A DNA stretch of 64,000 nucleotides from Gordius albopunctatus (Eukaryota), in contig OZ193910.1 of assembly GCA_964276515.1 (NCBI GenBank), forward strand, positions 6,944,001 to 7,008,000, in the 5' to 3' direction. Under the pieces are notes generated by a model. That model was given only the letters and a program-made list of their open reading frames with translations. It did no database searches and was not told the origin of the DNA. The first letter of the stretch is position 1. Each line of letters begins with the position of its first letter. The translations under genes and the position numbers were made by a program. Shown here in pieces: positions 26,701-38,250 of this stretch.

Positions 26701-28841
26701 TTAGGTGTTGAGTTTATATTGTTTCAATATCGCTTTATAAGCGTGTCTCTAGTTTTAGTGAAACAAGGTCTATGCGATCGTGATTTAGAGTTAATAATTT
26801 TTGATGACTGATCAAAAAAATGTTTTAAAAGGAATTCACCTTTTATACCGAAAACTTTCATTAGAACTATATGGTTGAACAAAAAAATTGAAAAAATTTT
26901 GAGGTCGAAAAAAATATTATTTTTCATATTCTTTCGAAAGGGAGATGAAAAAATCTTTAAAAGTTAGTAAATATTCTTAGCATTTTGTCCTTGTTAGAAT
27001 CTTGATAGAAATTTATGCGTGGGGGGATGTTTTAGATTGAGAGAAATTAAAATTTAGGTGTTGAGTTTATATTGTTTCAATATCGCTTTATAAGCGTGTC
27101 TCTAGTTTTAGTGAAACAAGCTCTATGCGATCGTGATTTAGAGTTAATAATTTTTGATGACTGATCAAAAAAATGTTTTTCAAGGAATTCATCTCTTATA
27201 CGGAAAACTTTCATGAGAGCTATATGGTTGAACAAAAAAATTGAAAAAATTTTGAGGTCGAAAAAAATATTATTTTTCATATTGTTTCGAAAAGGAGATG
27301 AAAAAATATTTAAAAGTTATTAAATATTCTTGGCATTTTGTCCTTGTTAGAATCTTGATAGGAATTTTTGCGTGGGGGGATGTTTTAGATTGAGAGAAAT
27401 TAAAATTTAGGTGTTGAGTTTATATTGTTTCAATATCGCTTTATAAGCGTGTCTCTAGTTTTAGTGAAACAAGGTCTATGCGATCGTGATTTAGAGTTAA
27501 TAATTTTTGATGACTGATCAAAAAAATGTTTTTCAAGGAATTCACCTTTTATACCGAAAACTTTCATTAGAACTATATGGTTGAACAAAAAAATTGAAAA
27601 AATTTTGAGGTCGAAAAAAATATTATTTTTCATATTGTTTCGAAAAGGAGATGAAAAAATATTTAAAAGTTATTAAATATTCTTGGCATTTTGTCCTTGT
27701 TAGAATCTTGATAGGAATTTTTGCGTGGGGGGATGTTTTAGATTGAGAGAAATTAAAATTTAGGTGTTGAGTTTATATTGTTTCAATATCGCTTTATAAG
27801 CGTGTCTCTAGTTTTAGTGAAACAAGGTCTATGCGATCGTGATTTAGAGTTAATAATTTTTGATGACTGATCAAAAAAATGTTTTAAAAGGAATTCACCT
27901 TTTATACCGAAAACTTTCATTAGAACTATATGGTTGAACAAAAAAATTGAAAAAATTTTGAGGTCGAAAAAAATATTATTTTTCATATTCTTTCGAAAGG
28001 GAGATGAAAAAATCTTTAAAAGTTAGTAAATATTCTTAGCATTTTGTCCTTGTTAGAATCTTGATAGAAATTTATGCGTGGGGGGATGTTTTAGATTGAG
28101 AGAAATTAAAATTTAGGTGTTGAGTTTATATTGTTTCAATATCGCTTTATAAGCGTGTCTCTAGTTTTAGTGAAACAAGCTCTATGCGATCGTGATTTAG
28201 AGTTAATAATTTTTGATGACTGATCAAAAAAATGTTTTTCAAGGAATTCATCTCTTATACGGAAAACTTTCATGAGAGCTATATGGTTGAACAAAAAAAA
28301 TTAAAACAATTTTGAGGTCGAAAAAAATATTTTTTTCATATTCTTTCGAAAGGGAGATGAAAAAATCTTTAAAAGTTATTAAATATTCTTAGCATTTTGT
28401 CCTTGTTAGAATCTTGATAGGAATTTTTGCGTGGGGGGATGTTTGAGATTGAGAGAAATTAAAATTTAGGTGTTGAGTTTATATTGTTTCAATATCTCTT
28501 TATAAGCGTGTCTCTAGTTTTAATGAAACAAGCTCTATGCGATCGTGATTTAGAGTTAATAATTTTTGATGACTGATCAAAAAAATGTTTTTAAAGGAAT
28601 TCACCTTTTATACCGAAAACTTTCATGAGAACTATATGGTTGAACAAAAAAATTAAAACAATTTTGAGGTCGAAAAAAATATTATTTTTCATATTCTTTC
28701 GAAAGGGAGATGAAAAAATCTTTAAAAGTTAGTAAATATTCTTAGAATTTTGTCCTTGTTAGAATCTTGATAGAAATTTATGCGTGGGGGGATGTTTTAG
28801 ATTGAGAGAAATTAAAATTTAGGTGTTGAGTTTAGATTGAT
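14722..28841. repeat. Homogenised core: 40 consecutive monomers in exact 353-bp register
   Basis: 28842-14722 = 14120 = 40 x 353, and every intermediate ORF-track start falls on the 353 lattice. The block is dominated by the haplotype aaggtc / caccttt / cattag / tgtttcg / ttggcatt. Confidence 0.93.
19311..19663 (+). repeat. Representative full-length 353-bp monomer (core haplotype)
   Basis: Runs from tcaatatcgc at 19311 to ...agtttatattgtt at 19663; the next copy starts at 19664. It carries one EcoRI site (gaattc), one PvuI site (cgatcg), one BclI site (tgatca), one BstBI site (ttcgaa) and a G6 run. Confidence 0.97.
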
Positions 28842-30550
28842 TCAATATCGCTTTATAAGCGTGTCTCTAGTTTTAGTGAAACAAGCTCTATGCGATCGTG
28901 ATTTAGAGTTAATAATTTTTGATGACTGATCAAAAAAATGTTTTTCAAGGAATTCATCTCTTATACGGAAAACTTTCATGAGAGCTATATGGTTGAACAA
29001 AAAAATTGAAAAAATTTTGAGGTCGAAAAAAATATTTTTTTTCATATTCTTTCGAAAAGGAGATGAAAAAAGAATTTTTGCGTGGGGGATGTTTGAGATT
29101 GAGAGAAATTAAAATTTTCGTGTTGCGTTTAGATTGTTTCAATATCGCTTTATAAGCGTGTCTCTAGTTTTAGTGAAACAAGCTCTATGCGATGGTGATT
29201 CAGAGTTAATAATTTTTGATGACTGATCAAAAAAATGTTTTTCAAGGAATTCACCTCTTATACCGAAAACTTTCATGAGAACTATATGGTTGAACAAAAA
29301 AATTGAAAAAATTTTGAGGTCGAAAAAAATATTATTTTTCATATTGTTTCGAAAAGGAGATGAAAAAATATTTAAAAGTTATTAAATATTCTTAGCATTT
29401 TGTCCTTGTTAGAATCTTGATAGGAATTTTTGCGTGGGGGGATGTTTTAGATTGAGAGAAATTAAAATTTAGGTGTTGAGTTTATATTGTTTCAATATCG
29501 CTTTATAAGCGTGTCTCTAGTTTTAGTGAAACAAGGTCTATGCGATCGTGATTTAGAGTTAATAATTTTTGATGACTGATCAAAAAAATGTTTTTCAAGG
29601 AATTCACCTTTTATACCGAAAACTTTCATTAGAACTATATGGTTGAACAAAAAAATTGAAAAAATTTTGAGGTCGAAAAAAATATTATTTTTCATATTGT
29701 TTCGAAAAGGAGATGAAAAAATATTTAAAAGTTATTAAATATTCTTGGCATTTTGTCCTTGTTAGAATCTTGATAGGAATTTTTGCGTGGGGGGATGTTT
29801 TAGATTGAGAGAAATTAAAATTTAGGTGTTGAGTTTATATTGTTTCAATATCGCTTTATAAGCGTGTCTCTAGTTTTAGTGAAACAAGGTCTATGCGATC
29901 GTGATTTAGAGTTAATAATTTTTGATGACTGATCAAAAAAATGTTTTTCAAGGAATTCACCTTTTATACCGAAAACTTTCATTAGAACTATATGGTTGAA
30001 CAAAAAAATTGAAAAAATTTTGAGGTCGAAAAAAATATTATTTTTCATATTCTTTCGAAAGGGAGATGAAAAAATCTTTAAAAGTTAGTAAATATTCTTA
30101 GCATTTTGTCCTTGTTAGAATCTTGATAGAAATTTATCCGTGGGGGGATGTTTTAGATTGAGAGAAATTAAAATTTAGGTGTTGAGTTTATATTGTTTCA
30201 ATATCGCTTTATAAGCGTGTCTCTAGTTTTAGTGAAACAAGGTCTATGCGATCGTGATTTAGAGTTAATAATTTTTGATGACTGATCAAAAAAATGTTTT
30301 TCAAGGAATTCACCTTTTATACCGAAAACTTTCATTAGAACTATATGGTTGAACAAAAAAAATTAAAACAATTTTGAGGTCGAAAAAAATATTTTTTTCA
30401 TATTCTTTCGAAAGGGAGATGAAAAAATCTTTAAAAGTTATTAAATATTCTTAGCATTTTGTCCTTGTTAGAATCTTGATAGGAATTTTTGCGTGGGGGG
30501 ATGTTTGAGATTGAGAGAAATTAAAATTTAGGTGTTGAGTTTATATTGTT

Positions 30551-33021
30551 TCAATATCGCTTTATAAGCGTGTCTCTAGTTTTAGTGAAACAAGCTCTAT
30601 GCGATCGTGATTCAGAGTTAATAATTTTTGATGACTGATCAAAAAAATGTTTTTCAAGGAATTCACCTCTTATACCGAAAACTTTCATGAGAACTATATG
30701 GTTGAACAAAAAAATTGAAAAAATTTTGAGGTCGAAAAAAATATTATTTTTCATATTGTTTCGAAAAGGAGATGAAAAAATATTTAAAAGTTATTAAATA
30801 TTCTTGGCATTTTGTCCTTGTTAGAATCTTGATAGGAATTTTTGCGTGGGGGGATGTTTTAGATTGAGAGAAATTAAAATTCAGGTGTTGAGTTTATATT
30901 GTTTCAATATCGCTTTATAAGCGTGTCTCTAGTTTTAGTGAAACAAGGTCTATGCGATCGTGATTTAGAGTTAATAATTTTTGATGACTGATCAAAAAAA
31001 TGTTTTTCAAGGAATTCACCTTTTATACCGAAAACTTTCATTAGAACTATATGGTTGAACAAAAAAATTGAAAAAATTTTGAGGTCGAAAAAAATATTAT
31101 TTTTCATATTCTTTCGAAAGGGAGATGAAAAAATCTTTAAAAGTTAGTAAATATTCTTAGCATTTTGTCCTTGTTAGAATCTTGATAGAAATTTATGCGT
31201 GGGGGGATGTTTTAGATTGAGAGAAATTAAAATTTAGGTGTTGAGTTTATATTGTTTCAATATCGCTTTATAAGCGTGTCTCTAGTTTTAGTGAAACAAG
31301 GTCTATGCGATCGTGATTTAGAGTTAATAATTTTTGATGACTGATCAAAAAAATGTTTTTCAAGGAATTCATCTCTTATACGGAAAACTTTCATGAGAGC
31401 TATATGGTTGAACAAAAAAAATTAAAACAATTTTGAGGTCGAAAAAAATATTTTTTTCATATTCTTTCGAAAGGGAGATGAAAAAATCTTTAAAAGTTAT
31501 TAAATATTCTTAGCATTTTGTCCTTGTTAGAATCTTGATAGGAATTTTTGCGTGGGGGGATGTTTGAGATTGAGAGAAATTAAAATTTAGGTGTTGAGTT
31601 TATTTTGTTTCAATATCGCTTTATAAGCGTGTCTCTAGTTTTAGTGAAACAAGCTCTATGCGATCGTGATTCAGAGTTAATAATTTTTGATGACTGATCA
31701 AAAAAATGTTTTTCAAGGAATTCACCTCTTATACCGAAAACTTTCATGAGAACTATATGGTTGAACAAAAAAAATTAAAACAATTTTGAGGTCGAAAAAA
31801 ATATTTTTTTCATATTCTTTCGAAAGGGAGATGAAAAAATCTTTAAAAGTTATTAAATATTCTTAGCATTTTGTCCTTGTTAGAATCTTGATAGGAATTT
31901 TTGCGTGGGGGGATGTTTGAGATTGAGAGAAATTAAAATTTAGGTGTTGAGTTTATATTGTTTCAATATCGCTTTATAAGCGTGTCTCTAGTTTTAGTGA
32001 AACAAGCTCTATGCGATCGTGATTCAGAGTTAATAATTTTTGATGACTGATCAAAAAAATGTTTTTCAAGGAATTCACCTCTTATACCGAAAACTTTCAT
32101 GAGAACTATATGGTTGAACAAAAAAATTGAAAAAATTTTGAGGTCGAAAAAAATATTATTTTTCATATTGTTTCGAAAAGGAGATGAAAAAATATTTAAA
32201 AGTTATTAAATATTCTTGGCATTTTGTCCTTGTTAGAATCTTGATAGGAATTTTTGCGTGGGGGGATGTTTTAGATTGAGAGAAATTAAAATTCAGGTGT
32301 TGAGTTTATATTGTTTCAATATCGCTTTATAAGCGTGTCTCTAGTTTTAGTGAAACAAGGTCTATGCGATCGTGATTTAGAGTTAATAATTTTTGATGAC
32401 TGATCAAAAAAATGTTTTTCAAGGAATTCACCTTTTATACCGAAAACTTTCATTAGAACTATATGGTTGAACAAAAAAATTGAAAAAATTTTGAGGTCGA
32501 AAAAAATATTATTTTTCATATTCTTTCGAAAGGGAGATGAAAAAATCTTTAAAAGTTAGTAAATATTCTTAGCATTTTGTCCTTGTTAGAATCTTGATAG
32601 AAATTTATGCGTGGGGGGATGTTTTAGATTGAGAGAAATTAAAATTTAGGTGTTGAGTTTATATTGTTTCAATATCGCTTTATAAGCGTGTCTCTAGTTT
32701 TAGTGAAACAAGCTCTATGCGATCGTGATTTAGAGTTAATAATTTTTGATGACTGATCAAAAAAATGTTTTTCAAGGAATTCATCTCTTATACGGAAAAC
32801 TTTCATGAGAGCTATATGGTTGAACAAAAAAATTGAAAAAATTTTGAGGTCGAAAAAAATATTATTTTTCATATTCTTTCGAAAGGGAGATGAAAAAATC
32901 TTTAAAAGTTAATAAATATTCTTAGCATTTTGTCCTTGTTAGAATCTTGATAGGAATTTTTGCGTGGGGATATGTTTTAGATTGAGAGAAATTAAAATTT
33001 AGGTGTTGAGTCTATATTGTT
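30551..33021. repeat. Local 4-monomer (1412-bp) tandem duplication
   Basis: The private variant aaattcaggtg occurs at ~30881 and ~32293. gatcgtgattcag monomers start at 30551 and 31963. Offset 1412 = 4 x 353. Confidence 0.8.
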
Positions 33022-36000
33022 TCAATATCGCTTTATAAGCGTGTCTCTAGTTTTAATGAAACAAGCTCTATGCGATCGTGATTTAGAGTTAATAATTTTT
33101 GATGACTGATCAAAAAAATGTTTTTAAAGGAATTCACCTTTTATACCGAAAACTTTCATGAGAACTATATGGTTGAACAAAAAAATCAAAACAATTTTGA
33201 GGTCGAAAAAAATATTATTTTTCATATTCTTTCGAAAGGGAGATGAAAAAATCTTTAAAAGTTAGTAAATATTCTTAGAATTTTGTCCTTGTTAGAATCT
33301 TGATAGGAATTTTTGCGTTGGCGATGTTTGAGATTGAGAGAAATTAAAATTTTCGTGTGGCGTTTAGATTGATTCAATATCGCTTTATAAGCGTGTCTCT
33401 AGTTTTAGTGAAACAAGCTCTATGCGATCGTGATTTATAGTTAATAATTTTTGATGACTGATCAAAAAAATGTTTTTCAAGGAATTCATCTCTTATACGG
33501 AAAACTTTCATGAGATCTATATGGTTGAACAAAAAAATTGAAAAAATTTTGAGGTCGAAAAAAATATTTTTTTTCATATTCTTTCGAAAAGGAGATGAAA
33601 AAAGAATTTTTGCGTGGGGGATGTTTGAGATTGAGAGAAATTAAAATTTTCGTGTTGCGTTTAGATTGTTTCAATATCGCTTTATAAGCGTGTCTCTAGT
33701 TTTAGTGAAACAAGCTCTATGCGATGGTGATTCAGAGTTAATAATTTTTGATGACTGATCAAAAAAACGTTTTTCAAGGAATTCACCTCTTATACCGAAA
33801 ACTTTCATGAGAACTATATGGTTGAACAAAAAAATTGAAAAAATTTTGAGGTCGAAAAAAATATTATTTTTCATATTGTTTCGAAAAGGAGATGAAAAAA
33901 TCTTTAAAAGTTAGTAAATATTCTTAGCATTTTGTCCTTTCTTGATAGGAATTTTTGCGTGGGGGATGTTTGAGATTGAGAGAAATTAAAATTTTCGTGT
34001 TGCGTTTAGATTGATTCAATATAGCTTTATAAGCGTGTCTCTAGTTTTAGTGAAACAAGCTCTATGCGATCGTGATTTAGGGTTAATAATTTTTGATGAC
34101 TGATCAAAAAAATGTTTTTCAAGCAATTCACCTCTTATACCGAAAACTTTCATGAGAGCTATATGGTTGAACAAAAAATTTGAAAAAATTTTGAGGTCGA
34201 AAAAAATATTATTTTTCAAATTCTTTCGAAAGGGAGATGAAAAAATCTTTAAAAGTTAGTAAATATTCTTAGAATTTTGTCCTTGTTAGAATCTTGATAG
34301 GAATTTTTGCGTTGGCGATGTTTGAGATTGAGAGAAATTAAAATTTTCGTGTGGCGTTTAGATTGATTCAATATCGCTTTATAAGCGTGTCTCTAGTTTT
34401 AGTGAAACAAGCTCTATGCGATCGTGATTTAGAGTTAATAATTTTTGATGACTGATCAAAAAAATGTTTTTCAAGGAATTCATCTCTTATACGGAAAACT
34501 TTCATGAGAGCTATATGGTTGAACAAAAAAATTGAAAAAATTTTGAGGTCGAAAAAAATATTTTTTTTCATATTCTTTCGAAAGGGAGATGAAAAAATCT
34601 TTAAAAGTTATTAAATATTCTTAGCATTTTGTCCTTGTTAGAATCTTGATAGGAATTTTTGCGTGGGGGGATGTTTTAGATTGAGAGAAATTAAAATTTA
34701 GGTGTTGCGTTTATATTGTTTCAATATCGCTTTATAAGCGTGTCCCTAGTTTTAGTGAAACAAGCTCTATGCGATCGTGATTTACAGTTAATAATTTTTG
34801 ATGACTGATCAAAAAAATGTTTTTCAAGCAATTCACCTCTTATACCGAAAACTTTCATGAGAGCTATATGGTTGAACAAAAAATTTGAAAAAATTTTGAG
34901 GTCGAAAAAAATATTATTTTTCAAATTCTTTCGAAAGGGAGATGAAAAAATCTTTAAAAGTTAGTAAATATTCTTAGAATTTTGTCCTTGTTAGAATCTT
35001 GATAGGAATTTTTGCGTTGGCGATGTTTGAGATTGAGAGAAATTAAAATTTTCGTGTGGCGTTTAGATTGATTCAATATCGCTTTATAAGCGTGTCTCTA
35101 GTTTTAGTGAAACAAGCTCTATGCGATCGTGATTTAGAGTTAATAATTTTTGATGACTGATCAAAAAAATGTTTTTCAAGGAATTCATCTCTTATACGGA
35201 AAACTTTCATGAGAGCTATATGGTTGAACAAAAAAAATTAAAACAATTTCGAGGTCGAAAAAAATATTATTTTTCATATTCTTTCGAAAGGGAGATGAAA
35301 AAATCTTTAAAAGTTAGTAAATATTCTTAGCATTTTGTCCTTGTTAGAATCTTGATAGAAATTTATGCGTGGGGGGATGTTTTAGATTGAGAGAAATTAA
35401 AATTTAGGTGTTGAGTTTATATTGTTTCAATATCGCTTTATAAGCGTGTCTCTAGTTTTAGTGAAACAAGGTCTATGCGATCGTGATTTAGAGTTAATAA
35501 TTTTTGATGACTGATCAAAAAAATGTTTTTCAAGGAATTCATCTCTTATACGGAAAACTTTCATGAGAGCTATATGGTTGAACAAAAAAAATTAAAACAA
35601 TTTTGAGGTCGAAAAAAATATTATTTTTCATATTCTTTCGAAAGGGAGATGAAAAAATCTTTAAAAGTTATTAAATATTCTTAGCATTTTGTCCTTGTTA
35701 GAATCTTGATAGGAATTTTTGCGTGGGGTATGTTTGAGATTGAGAGAAACTAAAATTTAGGTGTTGAGTTTATATTGTTTCAATATCGCTTTATAAGCGT
35801 GTCTCTAGTTTTAGTGAAACAAGCTCTATGCGATCGTGATTTAGAGTTAATAATTTTTGATGACTGATCAAAAAAATGTTTTTCAAGGAATTCATCTCTT
35901 ATACGGAAAACTTTCATGAGAGCTATATGGTTGAACAAAAAAATTGAAAAAATTTTGAGGTCGAAAAAAATATTATTTTTCATATTCTTTCGAAAGGGAG

Positions 36001-38250
36001 ATGAAAAAATCTTTAAAAGTTATTAAATATTCTTAGCATTTTGTCCTTGTTAGAATCTTGATAGGAATTTTTGCGTGGGGGGATGTTTTAGATTGAGAGA
36101 AATTAAAATTTAGGTGTTGAGTTTATATTGTTTCAATATCGCTTTATAAGCGTGTCTCTAGTTTTAGTGAAACAAGGTCTATGCGATCGTGATTTAGAGT
36201 TAATAATTTTTGATGACTGATCAAAAAAATGTTTTTCAAGGAATTCACCTTTTATACCGAAAACTTTCATGAGAACTATATGGTTGAACAAAAAAATTAA
36301 AACAATTTTGAGGTCGAAAAAAATATTATTTTTCATATTCTTTCGAAAGGGAGATGAAAAAATCTTTAAAAGTTAGTAAATATTCTTAGCATTTTGTCCT
36401 TGTTAGAATCTTGATAGGAATTTTTGCGTGGGGGGATGTTTTAGATTGAGAGAAATTAAAATTTAGGTGTTGAGTTTATATTGTTTCAATATCGCTTTAT
36501 AAGCGTGTCTCTAGTTTTAGTGAAACAAGCTCTATGCGATCGTGATTTAGAGTTAATAATTTTTGATGACTGATCAAAAAAATGTTTTTCAAGGAATTCA
36601 CCTTTTATACCGAAAACTTTCATGAGAACTATATGGTTGAACAAAAAAATTAAAACAATTTTGAGGTCGAAAAAAATATTTTTTTTCATATTCTTTCGAA
36701 AGGGAGATGAAAAAATCTTTAAAAGTTATTAAATATTCTTAGCATTTTGTCCTTGTTAGAATCTTGATAGGAATTTTTGCGTGGGGGGATGTTTTAGATT
36801 GAGAGAAATTAAAATTTAGGTGTTGCGTTTATATTGTTTCAATATCGCTTTATAAGCGTGTCTCTAGTTTTAGTGAAACAAGCTCTATGCGATCGTGATT
36901 TAGAGTTAATAATTTTTGATGACTGAACAAAAAAATGTTTTTCAAGCAATTCACCTCTTATACCGAAAACTTTCATGAGAGCTATATGGTTGAACCAAAA
37001 AATTGAAAAAATTTTGAGGTCGAAAAAAATATTATTTTTCAAATTCCTTCGAAAGGGAGATGAAAAAATCTTTAAAAGTTAGTAAATATTCTTAGAATTT
37101 TGTCCTTGTTAGAATCTTGATAGGAATTTTTGCGTTGGCGATGTTTGAGATTGAGAGAAATTAAAATTTTCGTGTGGCGTTTAGATTGATTCAATATCGC
37201 TTTATAAGCGTGTCTCTAGTTTTAGTGAAACAAGCTCTATGCGATCGTGATTTAGAGTTAATAATTTTTGATGACTGATCAAAAAAATGTTTTTCAAGGA
37301 ATTCATCTCTTATACGGAAAACTTTAATGAGAGCTATATGGTTGAACAAAAAAAATTGAAAAAATTTTGAGGTCGAAAAAAATATTTTTTTTCATATTCT
37401 TTCGAAAGGGAGATGAAAAAATCTTTAAAAGTTAGTAAATATTCTTAGCATTTTGTCCTTGTTAGAATCTTGATAGAAATTTATGCGTGGGGGGATCTTT
37501 TAGATTGAGAGAAATTAAAATTTAGGTGTTGCGTTTATATTGTTTCAATATCGCTTTATAAGCGTGTCTCTAGTTTTAGTGAAACAAGCTCTATGCGATC
37601 GTGATTTAGAGTTAATAATTTTTGATGACTGATCAAAAAAATGTTTTTCAAGGAATTCATCTCTTATACGGAAAACTTTCATGAGAGCTATATGGTTGAA
37701 CAAAAAAATTAAAACAATTTTGAGGTCGAAAAAAATATTATTTTTCATATTCTTTCGAAAGGGAGATGAAAAAATCTTTAAAAGTTATTAAATATTCTTA
37801 GCATTTTGTCCTTGTTAGAATCTTGATAGGAATTTTTGCGTGGGGCGATGTTTGAGATTGAGAGAAATTAAAATTTAGGTGTTGCGTTTATATTGTTTCA
37901 ATATCGCTTTATAAGCGTGTCTCTAGTTTTAGTGAAACAAGCTCTATGCGATCGTGATTTAGAGTTAATAATTTTTGATGACTGATCAAAAAAATGTTTT
38001 TCAAGGAATTCATCTCTTATACGGAAAACTTTCATGAGAGCTATATGGTTGAACAAAAAAATTGAAAAAATTTTGAGGTCGAAAAAAATATTATTTTTCA
38101 TATTCTTTCGAAAGGGAGATGAAAAAATCTTTAAAAGTTAATAAATATTCTTAGCATTTTGTCCTTGTTAGAATCTTGATAGGAATTTTTGCGTGGGGAT
38201 ATGTTTTAGATTGAGAGAAATTAAAATTTAGGTGTTGAGTCTATATTGTT

